Source: Geosiphon pyriformis uo1 (taxonomy: Eukaryota > Fungi > Glomeromycota). From it: a stretch of 64,000 nt of DNA. The notes under the pieces were generated by a model. The model saw only the letters and a program-made list of their open reading frames with translations. It searched no databases and was not told where the DNA came from. Both the position numbers and the translations under genes were made by a program. This document shows positions 40,408-52,439 of the stretch, piece by piece (position 1 is the first letter of the stretch; every line of letters begins with the position of its first letter). The stretch spans positions 1 to 64,000 of the forward strand of contig JAAOMT010000071.1 of the NCBI GenBank assembly GCA_016748015.1, given 5' to 3'.

Positions 40408-43400
40408 TTTTTTTTTTGATTTCTTTAGACTTTACAAGAAGCTTAAAATTTGAAATCGAATTTCGTCTTTGAATAAAATCTTTTTTTTTTAACAGTCCAA
40501 AACTTTGACACCATTTTGAAATTCGCAAAACTTGACACCTTTTATATTTATTTTTAAATCCCTTGTTACTTGGTTATCTTTTTAATTTATTATTAAATGA
40601 GTCTCCTTAAAATATTCACTATTAAAAAAATTATATTTATACTCTAAGTCTCGGCGGGTATTACTTTTAAGTCTCCTGCCTTTCACATAACAGATAGACC
40701 ATTCGATATTAAAAGTTAAAATATGATAAAAATTTATCCTGCAATATTTTTATTGCCTGCATCATCTTAATTACCTCTCTAAAATCCGAGTACTTTGTTT
40801 TTCCCATTATGGTGAATTCTTTTCTATGTATGTTGTTGACCTGTTCTAAAGGGAATATAGAATTAATTTATTCCAAAATTACACAATTAACCGGTCATTA
40901 AGCTAGAATGTTCGTATAAAACCACATGATAACAAATTGATCATTCATGATTACAAAACAGGATGAAAGAAAAAATAATTTGGGTTTGAGTTGTTGTTAG
41001 TGTTTGAAACTAATTAGAATTTCCCGAGTAATGATTAATAATAATAAAGAATTCCGAATGAAATTCTTTTCCTGTTTTTGATAGCAAAAGAAGATCCTAA
41101 AAAGGTGAAACGTTTTTTTTTTTGGAGAACTAGAAAATGAAGTTATGAATATAAAACATAAGTTTCTTGTTTCGGAGATAGAACTTCTTAAATAATCATC
41201 CTCATCATCATCATCATCATCATCATCAAATAATCTTAGTGTTAAAAGAGGAAACCACCCCTTTTTATCGTGGAAAATCATTTTTGCACCTTTTTTGAAT
41301 TTGATCGAAAAACTCTAATTTTGTTCAACTGTTTATCAATTTATTGTTATCATGATAATAAACCTTTCAAAAGTCTAATAATTGATATTTATATCTGACA
41401 AATAAGATGATTTTGCTAAAAAAAAATTTCAAATCCCGAGTTAGATTACCGAAATTGATTACTTTTCTGAAAAATTGAATTATTAAATAACTAAAAGAGA
41501 TAAAATTTGATAGAATCGGTCAATTAGGCAAATCATCGAATTTCATCTGACTCAGTTTTCATTGAACTTTGTGCCTCAAGTCATTTTTTCTCTCCTAGTC
41601 AAAATTTGAAATCTAACTCAAATATTCAGGCTTCAAACAATGAAAAAGTTATTTAAGAAAAATGGAGAATTTTAATTATTTTGTTCAGGGAAAGAATGAT
41701 TTTGATCTTAGATCAAATTTGACCTGATGCAACCTGTAAACTTTTCATGTTAAGAAAATTGTAAAAGGATTACTATTATAGTGTGAAATTCGCTCAAATC
41801 ATTATCAATTATAACATTGGTTCTTGAATTTTTTAGTGTTTCATCCATCCACTTATGAACATAATAATAATAATAATAATAATAATGTTTTTTCTATTTT
41901 CAGAATAATTACAGTAATAATTAAATAATAATTATTTTATTGTATATATATATATGATAACTGTTTATTATATTCTTTATTTGATATTTGTAATGAATTT
42001 AAATAATTTTCATAAAATCTAAGAAATTAATATAGGGAAGAAAAAAATCAATGAAATTTTTCAATATAAATTATAATTAATTTAAAATTTTTGGATATGT
42101 TACAAAGATATTAAGTCGCTCAAATTTTTATTTTTATTTTTTTTCGAATTATTTATTAATTAATTTTTGAAATCTTTTTTCGAACAAAAATTTTGTATTT
42201 AAAAAAATTTTTATTTTTAAATTTTCTTTTCAAAGAATGATCTTTCTTTTAAAAAACCTAATTTACTTTTTTTTTTTTTTTATATTATGAGTGAATTCAA
42301 AAATCAAAAATCAAAAATTTTGGAAAAAATTAAATAATTTTAAAAAAAAATATGATATATATAAATATACCAAATTATCATTTCCAATAAATTGTGATAT
42401 ACATTACTATATTAATATTAATAAATTTAATTTCACAAAAACATTTTGTCAATGTTTAAATATACAATATTGAATATCAAAGTATTTAACAATATTCACA
42501 TTTATAATATTATTTTGTTGCCAAAAAAGCAGAATTATACATGGCTGAAGCTTAATTCACCCAAGATACAGATTCATTTTTATGCTTATCAAAGGGTGTT
42601 TTATAGTTTTCTTACTGCTTACATACTTAACATCATACATATGTTTATGGTAAGTGTAAGCCACATCCTTTTTACATGTGACTATTCATCGAAATTTTTG
42701 TCTAATTAAAACACTAAAAACAGCTTACTTGCTTTTATTTGAATAATGTATTTATTTACAACTTGCTTAACTAAGCTCTAATAATCTTTTAGCTAAATCT
42801 TATTGAGTTACTCTCTGAAAACTAAGAAAATAATATTGAATTATAACAAATTTACTATCAGATTTCTCATTTAAGGAAATATTATTTATAACTTTATTAT
42901 AAAATTTGTATATTATGTCTGTAAAGCATGTTACAATTAATGTCAATTGTTTTTTATTATAATATTAGATTCTTTTTTTTATTTTTATATATTTGGCTTG
43001 AGTATAATATATTAGAACAATAAATTGAGTTTTAATAATCTTAAACAATACAAAAGACTTAAAAAACTTTTATTTAGTTTTATAAATTAAAATCCTAAAC
43101 TTTAATACTTAAAACAATTTCAACATTCAGAAATTTTTTATCAAAATTTTAGTCTTAAATATAAAAAATTAATTAAAAAAAAAATAACAAAATTTTTATT
43201 TCATTACATTTAATTTAAAAAATTCAAAAAAAAAAGTTTTAAATAATTAATAATTTAATTAATAATTGTGATTTTAATAGAATAATAATTTGGAATTGAA
43301 ATTTTAAAAAAAATTCAATTATTAAAAATTGCCACCGTAAAAGTTATTAATATACTATTTAACTATTAAATTACCATCATAAGAGCAAATAACTATTACT

Positions 43401-43659
43401 GACTCCTTTAGATTCATAATTAAACGGTTTTCATAAAATCAATTGATACCTTTAGTTTTTTGTACATCAAAATATTTATAAAAGTATTTTTCTCGAATTC
43501 CTGGTTTTTTAAAACAGGAAATGAATTCGTGGATTTGATTAATCTCTATAGTTTTCCCTGGGGACTTTCGAACCATTGTCTTCCTATGGGAAAAGAAGTA
43601 TTACAATGGTAAAAATTTTTGGTTTTTCTGAAACAATCGTTCTTACTTATTTTTAATTA

Positions 43660-43698
<39 letters not shown>

Positions 43699-43892
43699 GT
43701 TAAATTGGAATGTTCTTCAGAAAATTCGTAAATGTACGAAAAGGTTTAAACCTTAAACCAAGTTAAACCATTAATAATTCAAAAAAATGAAATATAAAGA
43801 GCTTCTGAATAATTATAATAATTTATTGTTACAGCTCAATTTTCTTGCAACTTCTAATTCATTTTAAATACATAACGAAATATAAACATAAG

Positions 43893-44428
43893 ATGAATAA
43901 AATCCTTCATATATTTTTCTATATTTTGATTATATGTGTAACTATTTTGAGTTTTGGAGTGAGAGAAAATGCGGGGTTCGCCACTGGTTCAGGTACGTTT
44001 AATCATGAAAAACAATGACTCACTCACTCAATCAATCAAATATAAACTTAAAAATGATTTATCATTTTTTTTTGACTTCTTTCGCACCCTGAACTCTGAA
44101 TATTATAGTTAAAAGAGCACCTCAGTGCGACTACAAATCTGTATGCTCACCAATTAAGGGTAAAAAGATTTCAAATTTACATCATCGGTGAATTTCAACA
44201 TAACACCTTTAAAACTTAATATTTTATTCTTTTGATTCAGAACCACCACAATCTACCTGTCAAAAACGAAATGGTGTTCACAAATGTAAAAATTATTGTG
44301 AAGAACCAAGCTCAGAATGTATGATTAAACGTGCATATTTTTTAACTTGTGAAGAAGGATGTAGAAATGCATTTTTGAGAAAGTATAATTGTCAAGAAAA
44401 ATGTGTAAAAAATTACATCAAAAAATAA
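43893..44428 (+). CDS. Small secreted cysteine-rich protein (112 aa, 3 exons), absent from the ORF track
   Basis: Exons 43893-43992, 44109-44159 and 44241-44428 total 339 nt in frame with GT-AG introns. Signal peptide, KR site, then 10 Cys including three CxxxC. Confidence 0.75.
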
Positions 44429-45150
44429 AATCACCGTTAGAACCTAAATAGATCCCCTATATAAAAAAATATCTCTTATTATAGAATTTTAAATTTGTCT
44501 TTGAAAATCAAGTGTTTTAATCAATCTCGAAGCTTAGTTATATTCTTGTTTAAATATTCTATATTTCTTAATTTGTTAAATAAAATTGGGATTTGACCCT
44601 AATATCGTTTGATTCGTTTCTTATCTCCCAAGGTAAAATATATAATTGAAATCCTCTTTGACCTTTTGAGAATTTCTTTACAGTTTTTTTAAAAAAATAT
44701 TAGCTTAAAACAAAACCATGTTTAAATTTTTTTATTTTTAAAATAAAATATTTTAATTGAAAATTGTAAACAAAAAAACTAGATAGTAAAAGGATGTGAT
44801 CCAATTTAAAATGAAGAAAGTAGAATTGTTTTGAACTTGATTTTATTGTACCTTAACACTTCGTGTGTACTTACCCCGCTAACTCGTCACATTTAAAACC
44901 TGATTCTTTTTATCGAACGATTAAAACGAAGTGAAAATTCAAATAAAACAGACTACGATCATAAAACTGATACACATATATCTGTAACAACCGGACGTTT
45001 ATTTAATTTATTGAAGTATAGGAAACAAATTCAAACTCGGGAATAAAAATCTTATTCCAAAATGAAATCATTTTCATTGTATATTTTAATACAAAAGATG
45101 TAGTCAATTTCAAAGAAAATAATATGTCAGAATTTTGCTTTATAATTAAC

Positions 45151-47553
45151 CTATTTCCAACCTGGCTCCTTCATTAAGGCTTCTAATTTTGGCATTGCCT
45201 TAACATTGCCTACCACGTGAGCCTTTTGTAAAAGCTCTCGACACTTTTCATATTTTTTTTTCTGGAAAGCAGAAATACCAGCATTATATAGAGCGCCTGG
45301 ATGCTCTAGAATAATTGCCTGAAGGAAATATTTTCCATGAATTACTAGATCTTTTTCCCCGGCCTCGGCGTCTGTCCTTGAGTACGCTAAACTATATCTA
45401 TATGCAGCCTCTGCATATCTATTATCAGCTGCTAATCTCCAATAATTCAAACCAGTTTTAATGTCTTTTTGAACTGGGGTATGACCATAGATAAAATAAT
45501 TACCAGCATAATATTGTGCTTCTCTTATATTTTGGTTGGCATACTTTTTGATAATTGGCCATGCTTTTTCATATAATCTTTGCTGGTAAAATTTGATTCC
45601 TGTATCGGGACTTGCAATTTCTGGCTTTTCAATACAACAACGATCTTTATCATCTTCAACGAGGTCCACGTATCCCGGAAATTCATCCTCATCCTCCTTT
45701 TTGTTACTTTCGTTAAGCTTGCATAGTCCTTTGCTGATTATTGACATAGCAGGCCGACTTCCTGGGACTGAATGCCAAGCTTTTTCCATATATTTTTTGT
45801 ATTTAGGAGGAATATCAGGTATCATAGAAGTTGGACGTTTGCCAGCTTTAACCTTTGCTTGTACTTGGTAATTATTGATATCACCAAATGGTAATTGTTG
45901 TGTGGCAATTTCCCAAAGTAAAATTCCATAACTAATGATTGTGTGATCAAGCAAATCGAAACCAAAGAGAATATAATGAGTGTGATAAAACTTTTCTAAT
46001 TAATTCTATTATATGCTACCAACGATTAGCTCAGACGAAAATAAGTACCTATAAATGTCACATTGCGTCGTAAACCTCGGCGGTTTTGAATCTGCGCCAA
46101 CCATTCTCTCGGGAGCTGTCCATCTAACAAATTGGATTGTAAACATATATTTAAACATCGGATTATTGAAAATTTCTTGATTTAATTTAAAACAACTTAT
46201 AATTAAGCTTACCTGATTAAAGCCATTTTATTCCTCACATCTTTAGAAAGTGCATCTTGAACTTTTCGGGATAGCTGAAAATTTGTAAGCTTTGCATCGA
46301 GATTTTTATCTAATAAGACATTGTGACTGAATATTTAAAAAAACCAAATATTTTCAATAATCTCGTTATTTTGAAAGTTTCTCATGATGATATGACGGTT
46401 TAAAATTACCTTCGAACATCGTGATGAAGTATTTCCATGCTATGACAAAATGCTAAAGCAGCCGCTACCTGAGATGAGATCTTAACCTTTTGATCCCAGC
46501 CTAATTTAAGTTTTGGGTTTTCAATCTTGAAGTAGCTTTCCAAGTCGCTGTTATTTGCCCATTCGCTTATAGTAAACATTTCACCATTGCGTTCAATAAT
46601 ACCATAACTAAAATTAAGGCATGAAAAAAATTTTAATTCAAGCAATTTTTTCTTTCTACTTTAGATTTATGAGAAATCGACTTACAATTTTAAAATTCCT
46701 GGAGCTTGTACTAATTGTTTCCAAATAGCAATTTCTCCCCAAAAGTTCTCCTCTTCTTTTTTTTCATTACTATTGAATTTTCCAATGTGTTTTTCTGCTA
46801 CTGCTCCAAATCCTTTGGTATGATATCTTTTTTTTACATGAATCCGACTACCACGAACAGTTGGAATTGCTTCTTCATTGGGATAGTCAGTAATATCTAG
46901 GGGGAGAATTTTCATATCATTCATAAGATCCCCAAGTGGTGCATGATCTCGAATAGCGTTAATCACTGCTCTGGGAGTCTGAAGATATTCCATTGGGCTG
47001 ACTTCTCGATCAATTTTCATGACAACAGCCAAAGTTAAAGCTAAGCTCGACTGGTTCAATTCATTGGTTAAATGTACAACTTCATTGGCTACCTGAAGTT
47101 TCCAAACAAGTAAGAACTTTATTAATTTATCCATCAAAGAGATAATCGATGTAGAAACATTATACTTACATCTTTAGCAGTCAAATATTTCCTAAATATA
47201 CCACATGGTTTTATTTGTTTTTTTAGAAATTCTTGAATATTCCTTAAAGCTATAATGTAAGCTTTAATCGCTTCTTGCCCACATGAAGGACTTATTCCGT
47301 TCTCTAGATTGTCTTTGGTAACATTGACCTTATCAACCAATGATTGGCAGCTTTTTTTATTTTGCTTCACTAGTTGATAAGTGTCTATGATATCCGAGAT
47401 TATATCAGTAATTTCTTTTCCCGGGAATCCTAAAAGGTAGCATAAATAAACATTTCTGGTTCGTAATAACATATCCCAGCAGAAACTTTTCTATAGACTA
47501 CCTATTGTCGCAACTACTGCTCCAGTAAGACGCAAGGTGGTTTGAGCAGTCAT
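45151..47553 (-). CDS. MLKL-like helical bundle + pseudokinase + Sel1 repeats, copy 2 (apparently intact)
   Basis: Same 7-exon structure as copy 1. MTAQTTLRLTGAVVATIGFPG..QLVKQNKKSCQSLVDKV, VAEK, HHDVRSHN, NFQ, WTAPE. Confidence 0.88.
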
Positions 47554-48974
47554 AATTTAAATTTGGAATTCTTCGATATTAAGCGAGAAGTGAATTAAAA
47601 AAGTTTTCTTTTATATTAATTGAAAATTTTTTCTTAATCCATCGTAAATTTCTATGCAGAAATTGAGATTTCAAAAGACAAAGGAATTGTTTACTATTAT
47701 GGTTAAATCTTTCTCGTTAACAAAACTATCTCTATGCATGCTGACTATATTAATGCAGCTTGAACAAACAAGATAGATTTAGAAAAAAAGATCTGGAATA
47801 CGAATTCCTTTAGTTCGGCATTCATCAAACCTAAAAACCTGAGCAAATAATCGGTAGCATTTATGATAGTTTTAACGATTTTTTCATCAAGATTTTACTA
47901 AAAATACTTTACCATAATTATTTTCACCCAGAAGTTAATATTTTCTAAGAAATAGTTTGAATGTTAGAAGGCCAAGCTTTTGTTAATTTCATATTTTAAT
48001 GGAAATTAGAAATCGTTATTTTACAACTCAAAAAAGAAAGATTATAATGACAATTTGATAGACAGGTGTTTGCGTTCTGTGTAAGGCTAAACTCAATTAA
48101 GGCATTTTAGAATGAAAATAATGCTCCTTCTATTTCAAAGAAGCTAATTTTGGAATACCTTTGAAGATTACACTGCATTTCGGAAATAAGTAAAATCTGC
48201 ATTGGTGCTGTTTCAATATTAGAAAGAAATTTATGCTCATTCATATTCCAAAATTAATAATAAGCAGTGAGTCAGGAGACCATTGCTAGCGATTTGTATT
48301 ATGATATTTGTAGCCTCCTTATTTTTTTAGTTTATTAGAACCAAACTAATTTATTATCATCAACTGTTTATTTCTTATAAAGATTTTTTCATTAATCGGA
48401 GGGATTAATTATGAAAATCAATTTTAACACACACTAATTAAAAACATAATGAAAATTTAAAATCTACATGTATATAGAATTTAACGAATTGGGAATTTGA
48501 AAATTCCTTTTATAGTTGCTTAGGCTAAAAAAAAACAATTATTTAAACCATTATAAAATAATTATTTATATTTCTGGATAAGAAATTTAAATTTAAAATT
48601 GTTAAATTTATGTAATAAAAAACTGAATTTTATCAATTAAAAAAAGTAGAATTGTTTTAACCAGATTTTCATGACAACCTAAACACTTTGTGTGTGTTTA
48701 TCCGCTAACACGTCGCATTTAAAAGCTGATTCTATTAAAACATATGGTAGAAAATTTAGTTAGTAGGTATATAAAGCAGATTATAATTATACATGCATTA
48801 GATAGGATAGTAATCAGGCGTTTATTTAACTTGATGAAATAAAGAAAAAATAGTGACCAAATAAAAAATTTGTTCAAAAATGAATTAGTGGAATTATGTT
48901 TATTCTATTATATAGTACAAAAGATGTAGTCAATTTCAAAAAAATGATATTTCAGGATTTGCTCAAAGATTAAC

Positions 48975-49470
48975 CTATTTCCAACTTGGCTCCTTCATTA
49001 AAGCCTCTAGTTTTTGCATTGTAAAAGCTCTCGGCACTTTCCATACTTTTATTTTTGGAAAGCAAAAATACCAGCATTATATATAGCGCCTGGATGCTCT
49101 AGAATAATTGCCTGAATGAAATATTTTCCATGAATTACTAGATCTTTTTCCCCAGCCTCGGCGTCTGTCCTTGAGTACTCTAAATTATACCTATATGCAG
49201 CCTCTGCATGTCCGTTATCAGCTGCTAACTTCCAATAACTCAACCCAATTTTATGTCCTTTTGAACTTATGACCATGGATAAAATAATTACCAGCTTCTC
49301 TTATATTTTGGCTGACATAATTTTTGATAATTAGCCATGCTTGCTCATTTAATTTTTGCTGTTAAAATTTGATCTCTGTATCGAAACTAGGAATTTCTGC
49401 TATTCAATACACATTTCAACTATTAAGAGTTGCAAACTGAGTGGATAAGAGACCCCGTCGTCTAAATTTT
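48975..49470 (-). pseudogene. 3' (Sel1-part) remnant of the MLKL-like family, copy 3
   Basis: Near-identical to the last exon of copy 2 (RTDAEAGEKDLVIHGKY..EPSWK) with deletions and stops; the 3' flank is shared. Confidence 0.85.
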
Positions 49471-50127
49471 TTCTACATATCTCTCTCAATTACTTCTTAT
49501 AATTTATTGTTTTTTGTTTGATAGGAGCATATTACAAAATGTTTCCAAAATACAGTAATGGATATTTGACCCATTTGAAAACGTTTCAGAAATGCTTCAT
49601 TTGAGATATGAATCATAGGTCAATAAAGCATTTTTATTAATAATATGTTTTATATTAAGTGGAAAACACATTTTTATCCATTTTAAGTTAGTACTATTTT
49701 AACTAAATGTGTAAAAAATCTGGGAAATAATCAAAACACCTGTTTATATTAATAATAAAGTAATGAAGATTCTAATTTTTTTGAATAAGATATTAAAAAT
49801 GATGCTTTAAAAAAGCTTGTACTTTTAGCTTTCAAGTCAATTCTTATGAAAAATCGTTTCCATGGAATGTTCTTTTTAATTATTAATATTCCACATGCAA
49901 CAAGAATCATAAAAGTAAATAATTCCTTTGTTAATGCATGTTAAAAATTGCTTCTGCGTGTCACATTCCATCTCAAATTTCCATATAGAATTTCATTTTA
50001 GGAATGAAATTAGATTTGAAAGCGTTATAAAAGATAGACCTTTTCTTTAAATTTTGGTCATAAAAGCATTTAAATTATCTCTCATTAAAAGTTATTAAGA
50101 AAAATTCTTAGAATCTAAATTCAAAAT

Positions 50128-52439
50128 ATGGCTCAAACTGCCTTCCGTGTTACCGAAATAGTAGCTGGAATGACAGGTAATCTTTAGATAGTTTCATGCT
50201 GAAATATGATATCGCGACCAGAATTGTGTAGTTTCCTAAATCAGCATTCTTCATCTTGTGTTTAGTAGTTCCAGGAGTGGAAAGCATCACTCAGCTGATC
50301 ATAGAGATTTTGAGCATTGCTCAACAAGTTAAGGCAAATAAAAAAAGCTGTGAAATATTGGCTGATAAGGTCAAAGTTGCCCAAGAGAATCTTGATAAGG
50401 GAATAAGTCCTTCATGTGGACAAGAAGCTATTAGGGCTTACATTGTGGCTCTCCGCAAAATTGAAGCGTTTTTAAGGAAAAAAACGAGATCCTGTAGTAA
50501 GGTGAAGCAATTTTTTACCGCTAAAGATGTAAGTAGTAAATCTTTATGGCGATTGTTTCTTTGATAAATAAATGAAAAAAACTCTTATTCGTTTGGAAAT
50601 TTCAAGACAGCAAAGGAGGTTAAACAACTAATCAAGGAATTAGACCAGTCAAGCATAGCTTTAACTTTGGCTGTTGTTAGGAACATTGATCTTTCCCGAG
50701 AAACAAGTAATGTATCAAATGATAATCTGAAAATTCCCGATGGTGATATCGTTGACACCAAAGAAGGAATCCCAATTGTACGTGGTAGCCAGAATCATGT
50801 AAAAAAAAAGATTTCACCCACAAGGCTTTCAAGAGGTAGCAGAAAAAAAGATTGGAAAGCTCAATGAAAATCAGACAATAGACAAGAACTTTTGGGAAGA
50901 AATTGAAATTTGGAAGCAATTGGGAAAAGCTCCAGGAATTTTAAAATTGTAAGTTAAGTTTTTATAGATTTAAGTAAAAAAAAAATGACACTGATTGAGT
51001 TTATATTTTCTTAATGCGTTAATTTTAGTTATGGTATTGTTGAACGCAATGGTGAAATGTTTACTATAAGCGAATGGGCAAATAACAGCGACTTGGAAAG
51101 CTACTTCAAGATTGAAAACCCAAAACTTAGATTAGGCTGGGATCAAAAGAATAAGATTGCATCTCAGGTAGCAGCTGCTTTAGCACATTGCCATAACATG
51201 GATATACTTCATCACGATGTTAGAAGGTAATTTCAAACAATCATATGATCACCAGGAGCTTTCAAATAACAAGATTATTGAAAATTTTTGGGGTTTTTTA
51301 AATATTCAGTCACAATGTCTTATTAGATAAAAATCTCAATGCAAACTCACGAATTTTCAGCTATCTCGAAAAGTTCGAGATGCGCTTTCTAAAAATGTAA
51401 TCGATAAAATGCGTCTAATTAGGTAGGCATAGTTATAAACTTATACTTTGATATTCCGAGGTTTAAACATATGTTTATGATCTAATTTTTCTAACTCTAA
51501 GATGGACGGCCCCTGAGAGAATGGTAAATGATATTTCAGAACAACCGAGGTATACGAGGAAATGTGATGTTTACAGGTAAATGTCATTTTCCGAGCTGAA
51601 TTGAAGCAGTATATAATAAAATTTATTAATAAAACTATTACGTTTTTGGCTTTTATTTGTTTTAAACCATAACTATTAGTTACGGAATTTTACTTTGGGA
51701 AATTGCTACACAGCAATTGCCGTTTGGCGATGTTGAAAATTATAGAGTACCAGACAAAGTGAAAGCTGGCGAACGACCGACTATTAAGATACCCCATATT
51801 CCTCCTGAATATCAGAAAGTGATGGTTAAAGCATGGAATGAGGATCCTGGAGATCGGCCTGTCATGTCAAAAATCCATCGAAAACTACACGAGCTTGCAG
51901 AGAAACTCAATTTAGACGATTGGATGCCTTGTCCAAGCAGTGTGATTAATGAAGAAATGGAAGGGCCAGGAATCGATGCAGGAATCAAATATTACCACCA
52001 AGGAAAGTATAAGCAAGCATGGCAAATTATTGAGCCGTGTGCCAGTCAAAAAATGAGGGAAGCGCAGTATTATGTTGGTAATTACTATATAAACGGTTAC
52101 CCTCCAGTTCCAAAGGACGTTGCAACTGGATTGCAATATTGGAACTTAGCAGCTGACAACGGACATGCAGAGGCTGCATTTAAGTTCAGTTTAGCCTATT
52201 CAAAGTTAAATGGTGAGGCCGGGAAATTAGACCCAGAGATTTCTCAAACTTATTTTCAAAAAGCAGTGGAACTAGAATATCCAGCCGCCTTGTATAAAGC
52301 TGGGATTTATTATTTCCAGAAAGGAAGATATGCCCAAGGCCAAACCTACTTGGAGATGGCTCACACGGCAGGTGTTTCCCAGGCTAAGTCGAAACTGGAG
52401 GTCTTGATGAAGCAGGCAAATTTGCCAAAAATTGATTAG
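50128..52439 (+). pseudogene. MLKL-like pseudokinase-Sel1 copy 4, with two single-base frameshifts in A-runs
   Basis: Same exon structure. A9 at 50801-50809 (A8 in copies 1 and 2) and one missing base at about 51343; otherwise the exons are open. Could be homopolymer sequencing errors. Confidence 0.75.
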
